From NCBI RefSeq assembly GCF_037042905.1, contig NC_087245.1, forward strand, positions 19,840,001 to 19,904,000: 64,000 nt of DNA, read 5' to 3'. A program made the translations under genes and the position numbers. Position 1 is the first letter of the stretch. The number at the start of each line of letters is the position of its first letter. Under the pieces are notes generated by a model. The model searched no databases. It saw only the letters and a program-made list of their open reading frames with translations, and was not told the DNA's origin. This DNA is from Lytechinus pictus (taxonomy: Eukaryota). Shown here piece by piece: positions 1 to 13,900 of the stretch.

Positions 1-17
1 TAGTCAAGTGTGTCTTA

Positions 18-290
18 CCGCCCTGTCACACGGTAAAAAAAAATCGTAATTTGAATGATGATTCCAGAGGAAAATAAGGCTAATGACGAATTTTTAGCAC
101 GTGTGAAACCAAACTAGAATCATGAAAGCTAATCACAATCGCAAATTTGAATTCTACTCCGGAGGCGAATTCCAGTTGAGTTTAACTCAAATTACGGTAC
201 GAATTTTCCATGTGAAATGTCCGATGATTCTAAAGAAGAATTGCAATCATCATTACAATGATGATTCAATATTCACGTGTGAAAAGGCCC
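18..290. mobile_element. PIF/Harbinger-like MITE
   Basis: Imperfect TIRs (CCGCCCTGTCACACG / CGTGTGAAAAGGCCC) flanked by TTA at 15-17 and 291-293. Confidence 0.55.
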
Positions 291-3037
291 TTAGATTCAT
301 GCTTAGATACCAATGCACACATGAAGTGTGGTGGAGTGTGTCCCCTCTAAATGATCTAGATAGTGCGTTGATGTGTCTTATACCACAGACTATCTAAGCA
401 CGATTTTTAGTCTGACTTAAATCTTTGTGAAACGCCCCCTGGTTGATAATGTATAAATATTGTTGTTTTCCATTCTGGAATAATGAAAAATATTATATGT
501 TGCACCTCTTGTCACCGATATTGTATGAAAATGCCTTTAGAATTTCAATTTAGTTTTTTTTTTTTGTATAAATGCCAAGTTAATTTTATACCATTTTGGA
601 ATTTGGATAATCATGGGGTTATGGTTATATTTGGCCTTGTAAACAATTTTTGTGCTTTTCTTGCTTTTCTATGGATGTTGTCATGTAGGAGTTTTTCACA
701 CACTCTATGTTAATATTTCTGTATTCTGGTTGTTGTGGTATTGTTTTCCATGTGTGTGGCTTTCTGTTGCTGCATAATAGTAAGATATATATTATGAAGA
801 CCAAAGAAAATCACCTTCTCCCTTGCTGGTATAGCATGTGATCAATAAAGAGGATTAACATTATGCTTTCGATGTAATTCTAGTTCTGGAGTGCTGACCA
901 CTGATGGTGAGGGATTTTTTTGTTACTAATGTAAAGTTGAGTGAGTGGTTAGAAAATCATCAATATGTCATTTTGTTAGTACAAAATCACTCAATGTCAT
1001 TGTTTGCTCTGTTGATCAAAGCATCACTGACTCTATTTTTCACCCTTTTCAACTTTGAACCCTTGTACATCTGGATAAAAGCACCTTGTGTGAATGGGGC
1101 CAGTTGTAAACTGTAGTTTCTTTATTATCCATCAATCTATCTAAATGTCTTTCTATCTATCTATCTGTCTATCCATTTATCTTATTGTCTTTTCTTTTGC
1201 CAGTTTTCTAGCTCTCTGTCTTCATTTCTGTCTATTTATCCATTATGTATCTCCTACTATCTGTCTATCAATCTTTCAACACATTCTTCTTCCAATGTGT
1301 AAATCGAGAGATCATATTGTCCATCTCTTTACTACATGTCCTTAAAGTCTTCAAATTCTATTCATCTCAACTTTTAAATTTCCTCTTTCTATTCAAACTA
1401 TTTTAACCTTTCAAGAGACGATATACTTTCTTGTTGATTTGTGAAATCTGAGCCTGTGTTCTTCTGCTCCAAACAATCCATTTGACGCTGTTTCCCTAAA
1501 CTATTTAACAATTATCTCACCCAACATTCCATTGAAAGACATGTAGATAGATTAATATACACACATCCACATGGTATTCACTGAACTTGTTAAATAAATA
1601 TCTTAAATCATTTGCCTCTCCTGGAAATAATGGCTAATATCAGTTCCCTTTTTTCACTGTAAACCATGGCCCATCGTAATATACTGCATTCTCTATACCC
1701 GCTTGCTTGATAAATGACTACTTTTTCCAAATAATTGTCCAAGAAAACAAATGTCTGTAAAAAGCAACAAAGGGTGTTATTTCTAATGACTTAAACAATT
1801 TTTGTTACTTTTTAAAGGACAATTAGAGGATTTCAAAATGGAGAAAGATTGTGTCAGTATGACTTTATCCACTCTGCGCACTGTTTTTTTTTTTTACCCT
1901 CCACTTACCAATTGTCATGGTTTAGAAAACTCTCTAATACGTCAAGTGTGTGCAATAGAAGTAGTTGATAATGATTATGGTCACTTTAACTTATTCACTA
2001 TTTTCTTTACAAAGTATTACCATGTTTTGCCCTGCTGCTTCTATTTAAGTACTACTAAGATTAAATGATCAAACAGGGTGCAATATGTATCCAAAAAGGT
2101 AAAAGAAAATAACATGAACAAGATTTTATTTAAAGAGGGACGATAAATAATGCAGGTGATGAACTTTTATAAAGTGGAATGTATTTGAAAAATTGTGGTG
2201 ATATGTAATTTGTGATGACTGCATCATGTTTGGTGACTTTGTGCATAAGTTTTTCAAAAATGCTTTATAGACAGTCCTAAAATATACATACATTGTAACT
2301 GTAATGTCGAAAGATATAATAATTTTGTGCACGTTACCTGCGTGATCATATTATGAAATAGTGTAAATTGTATGTTTTCAAAATTGTACAGCAGATTATA
2401 TGATATTATTAAAATGGCACATAAACAATTTAAGTATAAAATCAATGGCTAACCTTGTTTTTGTGTTCGTTGCTCTGGAAAACTTTGACTTGCATCATAT
2501 TTCAAGTAAGTAAAATAAAAGATATGTAGCATGAGGGTCGGAATGAAGTTGGTAGGGGGCTTATGGATTTAAATGGAATTTGTCTTTTCTACGAAACAAG
2601 GAGAGAGATTCTCTCCCACCACCCCTAAAGATCGTGGTATGACATAATTACAATTTAAATCACATTACCAACAATCAAAGAAAATCACAAATAGGGAAAA
2701 GAATGACATGAGACTGACTTAAGATAGAGGGATGATCATAAGTGGTCTTTGAAAAACTGAACCTATCAATAATTTTCTTAAAATAATTTAGATTGAATGG
2801 AGTTGTGGATTGTGCTTCCAAATCAAGAGTAATGATAAGAAAGGGGAAGGTAGAGGGAACAAGATTGGGTACATGAAGATAATGAAAGGGGTGGATGTGT
2901 GTGTGTGAGAGAGAGAGACAGGGAGAGCGATACAAAGAGAAGGGGGAGGCAGGGAGGTGAGAAAGAGTGAGGAACAGATTGAGGGAGGAAGAGGAAAAAG
3001 GCAGAGGGGCGGGTGCGGCGAAAGAGTAAGATAGATG

Positions 3038-4830
3038 CATAAGGGGGAATACAGCTTTTTCCTATGGGGGGAAATTCACCCATATTTTCCCCGATCGGCC
3101 GCTTGAAGTTGATTTTTTGTTTTTCCTTTGAAGGGGTATTCCTCATAGTCACTTTTTAGCTTTATTCTGATAAAACAACATAAATATATAATAATCTCAT
3201 AAGCCTTATTTAAATAATGCGAGCGCGAAGCGCGAGCTAAACATTCTGGGCAATGTTTGTGATCCTGAACAAGATGCGTTTGCAACTAAATGATTACTGC
3301 GAGAGCGAAGCGCGAGCAGAAATTGTTGATACATGTATACGTTTTGGTCTGATCGAAAAGCGACCTGTTGAGGACTGTTTGCAGTTACCCATGGAGACGA
3401 TACATATTTCAACAATCAAATAATGTGAGCGCGAAGCGCGAGCTAACAATTTTTTACATTCCGACCTAAAGAATGGTCATTCTAAGCACTTTTTATATTC
3501 ATGAACAGGAAAGGTATATAACAATTTATTGATGCGAGCGCGAAGCCCGAGAGGAAAAATTCGAGATTTAGACCTAAAAACGGGACACTATTCATGTTTT
3601 GTAAATAATGAAAAGGATGAGTAATTGGGGATCTTCTTACATTAATAATACAGGCGCGAAGTGCGAGCATAAAATTTCTGATCTGAAACTGGATAATAAT
3701 TTAAGTAAAGAACAAGCTGCGTATCTGAATAATCATGAGTGTGTGTGTTCAGATAAAGACCTAGAAAATATTCCGATCTGTAAAGGGTAAATTTAAGCAC
3801 CATTTCAAGCACTGTGCAAGAAAATTGTGAGATGGATATGGATCGCACTTAATAAAGAGCTGATAATTTATTATTCTTTTTATCATTATTTTGAGTTTTG
3901 ATCTAGGACCGGGACATTCTAAGGACATTTTGTAATCATATGAAAATAACGACTATCTTCCTATTCCTTTTCCTAAACGCAAGATGAAACATGTCGATAT
4001 TCCATTCTGAAAAAAGGAACAATTTAATTATTAGGAATTCATGAAAAATTTTTATTTATTAATCTAATAAGCCTAATGAGAGCACGAAATTTGTTGATGT
4101 TATGGCCCGAAAACTGGACATTTAAGCACTTTTTAAAAGTATGAATAGAATGAATGACTTAATATATTTTTTTATCAATATTATTGAGCGCAAATCGGGA
4201 GCCGAATTTTTTGATAAACTGTCATGAAATGGGTACAGTAGTTTGTTATAGATTTAATATTGAGATATACTAATTAAACTCACTAAACAAATGCGAGCGT
4301 CCAGCGCTAGCTGATACGTTTTGAAAATCAGACCTGAAAGGGGAATTTTGAGGATTTTATGGAATATATAAAAAGAATAGGTCCTTGACATATCAAATTT
4401 TGTGAGCGCGCAGCCCTAGCATAAAATGGTAATATTCAGACCATGAAACGAAAATTTTTACAGAGCACTTTTTAAAAATCAATTTAAAACAAAATAATGA
4501 AAGGTCGATGTCCGAGCAGAAATATGTTTTGTACATTGCCTTCAAAACTTGACATTTTAAGCTCCATATCAACCTATATTGAGCAAGATATCTATTTCAT
4601 CGAACAGGCAATGTGAGCGTAAAGTGCGAGCGAAATATGAGAGATGAAATATGAGAGATTTTTTAAATTCAAAGTCTTCCCCTCATCTCATCTCATTCGC
4701 TCGCCTTCCTCTTATTTTTCTCGTCTTTTTCTTCTCCTCTCTTTTCCTTTTTTTCTTTCTTTATTTCCCCTATTTCCCCCCTTTTTTTGCTCTGTCAATA
4801 AGGGGGGGGGGCGCTCTGGATCCGCCTATG
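3038..4830 (+). mobile_element. Non-autonomous DNA element (GGCGGATCC-terminus, hAT-like family) with internal GCGAGCGCGAAGCGCGAGC repeats, copy 1
   Basis: Ends in CTGGATCCGCCTATG; at least 9 copies of the internal motif; clearly homologous to the reverse complement of 7455-8967. No TSD found. Confidence 0.75.
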
Positions 4831-5009
4831 TGCATGGTGGAATGTTGGGGGTGGTAATGTGGACAATAGGACGGGTAATGAGCGCAAGAGTATATTCAAT
4901 GTATTCGAAAATGAAATATATTGCTCATGTTAGTTTTTTTAAAAACTTCCCTCAAATCTGCCACTGATACGATATAGGGTTTAGTGTTAAGTAAAAAGGG
5001 ATAGCCTAT

Positions 5010-5620
5010 ATGAGGACGAGTCAACCACAAGAAAAATTGTTATGCAAATCTTTCTATGTCCTTCATTAATATGAAATATTTTAATTTTCTCCACATTGTC
5101 AGGTAAGACAAAGTTTTATTCCTCACTTAACGTGTGGAATTATCATTATTCTAGCATTATAACAATACTAATAATGAAGTTCTAATAAAGCGTATTTCAG
5201 ACCTGCAAGGACTCTCAATGCACTTTACAAAAATGGAATTATACAACTTAAGTAATTTCTTAGAATAACACTTATACAACATCAACATTGATCAATTACA
5301 TACGACATAAAGTATAGTGAATGGTTTATTTGAATACATTTTGTGGTTCAGTCAAGTTGATCATTATTGTCAAATCTTTAAAAATCAAAATATTGTATGA
5401 TTCAAACAATTAAAAAAAGTGAGTGATCACGACCTTCTCAGTTGCATATCACTGAGTTGTGCAAATTAGGCTAATTGTTTTGTGAAAAATAAGCAAATCT
5501 TTAAAAGTAATAACTTTCTTATTTTGCATCCGATTTTGATGAAATCTTCACTATTATGTTTGTTTCATTTTTTTTACTAATTCAATTAAATCGATATTTT
5601 CGTGGGTAGATTTGACCTTT
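5010..5620 (+). mobile_element. Truncated Kolobok-type MITE, same family as 9627-10202
   Basis: Shares internal blocks with 9627-10202 (e.g. CCGATTTTGATGAAATCTTC) and ends in GGGTAGATTTGACCTTT. The left boundary is approximate. Confidence 0.55.
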
Positions 5621-7454
5621 TAGGTAACATTTCTTTTATTGTCTTTCTTTCTGCAGATTCTGTCAACCGAGAATCTCATCACAGGTATCGTGTGATTTTT
5701 TTTCTTTCTTTTTATATCCCTTGGATTGCATGACTACAGATAGACCCGGAATAAATCACTCGTGTTGCAAGTTTTACAAATTGATAACAAAACGTCAATA
5801 ACAAAAACGGAGCTTCTTGTTCAGATAATTATGATGGCGCTCTTCAATATGCACAGAACAGAGCCGGGGTGCAGACGCTGTATCGCATACTTTGGTTTAA
5901 AAAATGTCGGATCCCGGGTGTCGGATATTTTATATTTCCATGAAACTCGACTAATTCACTATCCCTCCTTTTTCAGGGGGCAAAAGCAAATATACCCTAT
6001 GATGCAAACAAAGTAAAAGTTGTGGCTTAAAAGTCTGTTTGTCGAACACTCACAATCGACCCCCCCCCCCATATAAAAATCACTTAATTTTGGACAGTAA
6101 GAAAAAGTGATAATGTAATTTTCATTTACAGGCCCATTGACTAAACTATTCTGTGTTTTATATAGGTCCGTCATGAAGAAAAATAAAAAGACTAATAATT
6201 TACATATAGGATTTGGTTGTCATCAATATTGCTGTTTCAGATTTGTGAATTATCTTATTGTCTCTTGCAGATCGTATTTCAACCGTTGTATTTTTATCAA
6301 TTCTGTTGGACTGTCTCATACAAAAAAAGAAAATTGTGCGAAGTTCCAAATGATGGCGCTATTGCAAATAATGCGTGGTGCACGTTAATCGTATTTTCGG
6401 TTGTGTTTGCCCGTTTGACTTGAAAATATAAATGGGGAAATCCCTCATTGAATACAAACACACACAACCATGCAAAACCACTTGTTCAATATTCTTTCCC
6501 AGGGAAACCTTCCATACTGACCATCACAGCTTTCCTTTGAATTATAAATTCCTCTTTGATTTATATCATCCAACAGAAAACTTCTTGAATATCTTAATGT
6601 GCTGGAGACGTTTGAAATTATGGGGAGATCAATTGCGGCTTCGCATTAAATTCAATTAAAAATTCAGATTCATCTCAGTTTTTCTTTAGTTTCACTTTAG
6701 TTTTGAGTTTTTTAGTTTACACACAGCTTTTATTTATGTACTTCAATTTCATCCATTATTACTAAATCCTCTCACTCGAATTTTCATTTGTAACCTTAAC
6801 TCCTTTTAACGATACATAGAACAAGGTTATTCACCACACAGTATCGATACTAAATAAGGCACCCCCCCAAAAAAAAAATACATGGGAATTTTTAACTTAC
6901 ATTATTTTTGCTTGACTGACAAACTGCACGGGATCGGGAACGCCTCGTTGTTGGTTATGGTGATCTCGATGCTACATTCATGATTTTAAATTTTCAGCCA
7001 TAAATTTGTGCTCAGCAAAAACCTGAAATATCCATCACATTTAGCTCGCAGACCAATAAATCCTGGTTTATGTAAAGTAGAGTTGGCCTATGCAGCTAGA
7101 GCGGTGAAGTTAAAATGCCAGGTGAGGCAATCCATCCAACTACAAAAATGCTTCACCTGTTGGAGCTCTGCAAATCGAATTGGATCACGTCTACCACCTT
7201 GATACAATCACGGTAAACAATAGAAAGAATTTCTTTTTTTCCTGGAAACTTAGTACAAAAAGGCTCGCAGCTTCTCAGTTTCGCATTGAGCTTGCCTGAT
7301 ACGCGCCATTGAAAACGAACTTGCCAAAATGTCATAAAGGGCTCTGACTGCATTCAACTTCGGGGGGGGGGGGGGGGGGCACACTTCCGTGAACCGGCGA
7401 TGTGAGGTCGCCCCTTTCGTGTAGCAAACTTTTAGGTTGTCGAGAGCAATTTAA

Positions 7455-8967
7455 GGCCCGGCCCCCCCCCTATTGGCGGAGCAAAAAAAGAAAACAGGGG
7501 AAAGAAAGAAATAAACGGAAAAGAGAGGAGGAAAAAAAGTGAAGAGGAAAAAAAAGTAAATAAAATAATGGGAGGGTGAGACTTGGAAAATAAAAAAAAA
7601 AAATTTCTTGTCACTATATAATAATATTTCGCTCGCATTGCATGCTCGATGAGACACACTGTACATATCTTGCTCAATAGGCTGGTATGGGGTTTAAAAT
7701 ATCAAGTTTTGAAGTCAATATACAAAACATATATGAGCTCGAACATCGAACTTTTTATTTACAAACTGATTTTCAAAAAGTGTCTGTAAAATGTCTGTTT
7801 TATTGTCTGAGTATCAACATTTTTAGCTCGCGCTGCGCGCTAGCATTATTTGATTTGCCAAGTACCTATTCTCTTCATGTATTCCAGAAAGTTCTATAGC
7901 CCTTTTCAGGTTTGATTGTCGAAATCAGCTAGCGCTGCGCGCTCGCAATTTGATTGGTGAGAAATGTATTTTTCACAAAGAAATATCGGAATATCAAATA
8001 TTTTCAGCTCGCCCTTTGCGCTCGCATTATTGATTTTCATGATAAAAAATGTATTCAAAATACTCAGATTCTAGGTCTAAATCAGGGGCGGATCCAGGAT
8101 TTTTCAAAGGGGGGGCACATTTTCGCGAGGAAAAATTTGACAAGCAAAAAAAATTGTGCCTCTCAAAAGGTGGGGGGGGGGGGGGCACGGGCCGGCTGCC
8201 CCCCCCCCCCCGGATCCGCCAGTGGTCTAAATCTAAAACATGCGAACGCATATTTATTGAGATACGCAGCTAGTTCTTTATTTAAAACATGCTTAAATCA
8301 TTCAGTTTCAGATCAGAATATCCAAAATTTTATTCTCGCGCTTCGCACTCGTATTATTAATGTGGGAAGATCGATACCCAGTAACCGATTCTTTTCATGA
8401 TTAATAAAACATGAATAGAGTTTTGGGGTCTAAATCTCAATTTTTCCGCTCGCGCTTCGCATTGTTTAGTTATATATCTATCCTGTTCACGATTACAAAA
8501 AGTGCTCAGAATTCAAATTCTTTAGGTCGAATGTCGAAAAAATTTCAGCTCGCGCTGCGCATTATATTTGATTGTTGAAATAATTATGTATCGTCTTCAT
8601 GGCTAACTACAAACAGTTTATAACAGGTCCATTTTCGATCAGGCCAGAACGTATATTAAAAATTTCTGCTCGCGCTTTGCGCTCGCAGTAATCATAAAAT
8701 TACATACGAATCTTGTTCAGGATCACAAACATTGAACAGGATGTTCAAATTTCATGACAAAATACATGAAATTTCAAAAAAAAAAAATTAGCTCGCGCTC
8801 ATATATTTATATTGCTTTATAAGCATATAGCTAAGAAGTGACTGTTGGGACTACCCCTTCAAATAAACAAACAAAAATCAACTTTGAGCGGCCGATCGGG
8901 GAAAATGTGTGTGAAAATTTTCTTTCCGCCCCCCCCCCTCCATTGGCGAATGCTGGGTCCGCCCCTG
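7455..8967 (-). mobile_element. Second, inverted copy of the 3038-4830 element family
   Basis: Repeats read GCTCGCGCTTCGCGCTCGC. 8870-8910 is close to the reverse complement of 3075-3125. Ends in GGGTCCGCCCCTG. Confidence 0.75.
8083..8224. mobile_element. 142-bp hAT-type MITE nested in the larger element
   Basis: TIRs CAGGGGCGGATCC / GGATCCGCCAGTG; perfect 8-bp TSD GTCTAAAT at 8075-8082 and 8225-8232. Confidence 0.9.
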
Positions 8968-9626
8968 TAAAAGGTATATGCTTAACATTTGAACACGATC
9001 AGTAAACAGTACCAAAAAAACAATTAAGACCAAAAGAAAACCATAGATCATGGGCCATTAATGGATGGACATTCGACACGTTTCTTCAATCGAATGAGTT
9101 CCGTCGCCTACATTCTTCTGTTTACATAACGACTGCATTAGTATTCTCTTTTATGTTAGCGACAGACGATTAGATCGTCCTTTTGGGATCTCTTTCGATT
9201 GTGTTCTTTTAAATAATATTTTGGAAATCATGGGACCAGCAACATTAACAAGCAGATAATATCTATAATATGAAACAATGAAACATCGATGTGCACGTTT
9301 TCTCACACCATTAAAACCTTATTAGAAAAGTATTTTCTTAATGAGCCCCATTGCGCCCATGCGTTTTATCGCCGGAAACTTAAAAGGAGTGTTTTTAAAT
9401 AATGATTACTTTAGAATTATGATATCTGCGACGTTACAATTCCATGTGTTGAATTATTTCTTCCTTAAAAAGACCCAACTTGATCAAAATACTGTGAAGA
9501 TACCATTGCTCGAAGAATTATTTCAAGGTGAAAAAGAAAAATACGATGATGCGCACATCAAAGGATGGGGCTCGATCAGAGGTCATGTGCCATTATTGAG
9601 GATGGTAAGTTGTTATTTTTCATCAA

Positions 9627-10202
9627 AGGTCAAGGCCACCCAAGACAAATGTTGACTTTAGTCAATAGAGGAAAATCAACCAAGCATAACACTGAAAGTT
9701 TAATCAAATTCGGATGTAAAATAAGAAAGATATGACATTTAAATATTTTGCTTAGTTTTCATAAAACAGTTATGCACAAGAGAGACCCAGTGATGTCCCT
9801 CTCTCTTTTTCTTTTGTTTTTTTATTGTGTGAATTATACGATATTTCAATTTTTACAGAATTGACAAGAAGGACCAACTTGACTTAACCACAAAATGTTA
9901 ACGTAGTTGTAATTCCACATTGTTCAGGGATAAATTAAATTTTGTTTCACATGATAATGAAAATGGAGAAAAAAAAAAAATCTTATTTCATATGATAAAG
10001 AAATAGTGAGTGGGTGACGTCATCAGTCCCCTCAATTGCATACCGACGAGAATGTAAATATCAGGGTTCCTTTAAATTAAGCAAAATTTGAAATGCCATA
10101 TATTTCTTATCTCACTTCCGATTTGGATGAAATCTTCGGTGTTGTACTTGTTTTATTTTTCTCTATTCATTCAAATCAACTTTTGGTTGGGTTGGACTTG
10201 TC
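9627..10202 (+). mobile_element. Degenerate Kolobok-type MITE
   Basis: Starts (TCAA)AGGTCAAGGCCACCC and ends GGGTTGGACTTGTC. Architecture resembles 29799-30392 and 5010-5620. Confidence 0.6.
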
Positions 10203-10949
10203 AATAACACTTTTGTTAATAAAGATTTTGGATAGCCACATTTATAAGGTATCTCCTATCAGTTGTTTCTCAATTCTATACAGGGTACATCTTAAGCCCC
10301 CTTTGTATCATAAAGCTTGCAAGAATCTTGGTTTCTTGCATTTCTTCAATCATGTATCATCCATAGAATTTACACCTTCGACAACATTTTATCCCTGTCC
10401 ACCCCAGATACACAACTCCTTTTACCGAGATCTTGAACCTACCCATATCTTATTTACCCCAGTTTGTTTTCCCTCTTCTCCCCATTACAATCCATCGTCC
10501 GCCCTTCCCCCTCTTTGGGCACTTTCTTTTCAATCTGTCCATCTCTTTCCCCCTCTATCCTTCTTTTCCAATGACATTATTGTCTCTCTTCCTTCCATAT
10601 TCTTTTTTCTCTGTCTTAATACCACTCTCTCTATAATCATACCTTATGTGATCTCCACCTTTTCCCCAATATTTTTGTATTCTTCTTCCTTTTCTCCAAC
10701 ACTTCTGTCCATTATCTTCCGTGTGTGCCTTTTCTTCTATTTTATTTCTTCATTTATAACTTTCCCACTCTCATCCACTAGATCAGTCTTTTCCCTCTCC
10801 TTTCTATTTCTTTTCTCTCCCTCATAACTTGTCTACACAGTTATCAACCAGCTGTTATTGAAATAAAATAAAAACAACAAAAATACTAACAATAAATAGG
10901 ACAATCAACATATGTTCCAATAATCTAAAAAAAAAAACACAAAAAACAA

Positions 10950-13900
10950 CCAAAACAAATACAATGAATAAAGAAATCAAAGCTGCAAGAACTCGCATGT
11001 GATTGCATTTCTTCCTCTTTTAATTTCATTCTCAATACAATTCAGGGAAACTAAGACGACAGAAAATAAAATAAAACAAGAGAAACATTTGGAAACATAC
11101 AGAAATAAATTCTTTCCCAATAAAGTTTGCTTATGCAAAGAGAAACAGCAGTGATACATTTAATACTTACATAGAGAAAAATAATTATTGATAATCAACA
11201 ATATTAATTGTTATGCTTCAAAATCATGGAGTTTAAATGAAATACCCATCAAACTTCCATAATATGGACAATATTTAGTGATAAGTATTTGATTTCTATT
11301 CTGTTGAATGTCTAATTTATTCTAATATTTCCAAAATATTATATTTACAAACAGAAATATGTTTTCTCAGAACATAATTAAGCTCCTCATGAGATGCAAT
11401 TCATTTGAATATTTCTGACAAACAAATAATAACATGGTGATTTCAAACCACTTGGTTCGTCGTACGGGACAACTAATGCAGAAACACATAAAACTTGATG
11501 CATCAAAACATGCATAGGAAAATACACTCACATTTTTTACAATCTTTTAAATTTGTCTTTTTTAAACATGTCACAAATTTCAGCTGGTTTTAGAATCTTA
11601 TTTCATTTCTATACAGTCGTACATAAGCATTCTTCACGACACAACGACACACTAAGACATGGTTTAGACTAATAGGACATAAATCAAAACTCCAGATACA
11701 CTCAAATTCAGTGTCCACAGACTAACAATGGCTGCTTCGTGAATGAAAGCCATTTATTTGAGGTGCATTATTCTACAGAAGCTAACATGCCCCTTTAACT
11801 GAGGGCAATAATTGCAAATGTCAATAGGCAACATTTGGTCAAATGAAAACACTTGGCTAGTGCATACCAGAGGCTGCCCTAAACTTTTAAACTCTTTGAG
11901 GTAAACAGTCAGCAATTATTTTTTTTCTTTTAAAATTCAGTAATTTACAACATTTTCATCTGGCAGTTTACACATTGAACGACACACAATTGGCAGAAAA
12001 TGCAAAAATACATGTTTTCAGTCCATGTAATACAACTGGCAGAATTAACCCATAAAATACATTTTATACAGACAATGCACCCTTGTAACTTGAATGGACA
12101 AATAAAGGTGCATGTACAACAACAACAACAACAAATCGAGAAAGCTCTGCCAATCTCCATGCAAAGAGCATAGGAGAGCGTGAGCAAAAAGAGAAAAAAA
12201 ATATTTTAGTACAATTTATAAGTAAGTTTTTGCACTGTTCCAATTCAACGATCTCAAGTGATGCATCTACTATAGAAAATTGATTTCTTCTTTTCTTCTT
12301 TTTTTTATACACTAGACACACTCAAGATTCTGTAAATTGTCAAAGCACAGATTACGTACAGGTAGTGGCAAAAATGCTTAGATATTCATATTTACATCCA
12401 AGATCACACAGATTTCTCTTTTTTTAAGTTTTAACTCTACATGATCTATACATTCACATTCAAAATGCCTGAGATTATATTTCAGATAATTTACAAATAG
12501 TGGCTCGTGTCAGAAGGTGTGTATTCCTTTGTGTTCAGTGATTAACACGTCAAACAAAGCTCGGCATCGGCAAATCAATTACATAAACGACCATGAATCA
12601 GAATTTTTACCTTCCACACAATATATCCGACCCAATTCATCCCACCCATCTCCTTAATAGCTTCTTTCAAAAATGTATATACCTCACATCAAATTAAACA
12701 AGGGGCTACTATTACACAACATCACATTATACACTGCTATTATTCAAGATAAATCTATATTAATACATCATCGACTGTGTTTAAAGACTCACAAAACCAA
12801 TCTCTTTTTTTATGGTATTAAAAAATTATCCAGCAGCATTTGTGTAATTGAACTGTTTATAACAATGTTAATAAAGAATAAAAATAAGCAGGACATTAAT
12901 TCACATAACAAACTATCAAAATCAGAGTGAAATTCACTGATGTTACCAACTGGTTTAATTCGATTTCTTTTTAAGATTATCATCCGAATTAGCAAAATTG
13001 CGTAAATATGAACTGCATATTTCCAAGTAACAATAATACACTAGGAATGTTTTAATTTAAAAAAAATCCAGGTGAGTTATAAAGAAATTGTTTTATTAGT
13101 GCTCATTTGGCAAAGAAGCATGTTACAAGATAACACAAAGATGAAAGATATAAATCTATTTTGTCAAAATATGAAAAAGACTAAAATGGTAGTGCAGTCC
13201 TTGACTTTTTAAAATTGAGATTGTTTAAGGAGAATAATATGCAATATATTTCAATGACATCTTTAAGATATGCATGATATAAAAAAAGTTAAATGATCAT
13301 AAATGTTGGGTTTCATCCCTTTGAGTTAACAATAGATTCTGTGCATTTCGTGATAACAAGCCACATACATATGCCGTATATCTTTATATATTACAGTGAG
13401 TTATTACATCTTATTCAATGGTAAGATTCAAGAACCATCATCTATACAATCACAAGCACATCACAATTTAGGCAGTCCAGTCTACAGATCTGCAAGTTTA
13501 ACTTTAGAGATAAGGGGAAGCATTCGTTATTTCAGCTACAGTAACTCATATATTTCATTTTACTTTCTTTTACAACACGCAAGTGTTTTCTAGTTGAACT
13601 AGGAAAGAGTCTTCACAATGACAGAGATAATGATTTTAGAAACTTCCTTTTCCATTCTGACACAGCTTAATTTCAATAATCACAGGCATACTCAAATCAC
13701 ATGAACGTGATAAAGAAATGGAGATACAAATTTGGCAAAATGGGAATCACTACAAAAAGCGTCTACCCAGCAAATATTTCAGTACGTATACCTAGGGTTT
13801 TCATGTGTAAAACATGTTTGGATAACAAAGTTATTTCACTCTAATATATTTCAAAAGAAAAAAACACCTCATAAAGAAATATTGTGCATCTTATTTAAAG

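Noticed and set aside
440-2520. 3' UTR of an upstream plus-strand gene
   Set aside because: The U-rich composition and AATAAA near 2514 are compatible, but no coding exon in the window anchors it.
3218-4640. Repeat-spacer pattern superficially like a CRISPR array
   Set aside because: Eukaryotic context, degenerate repeats, irregular spacing, no cas genes, and bounded by transposon-like termini.
10093-10827. 244-aa hydrophobic ORF resembling a membrane protein
   Set aside because: It runs from a MITE end through a CT-rich low-complexity tract; the F/S/L/P bias is compositional.
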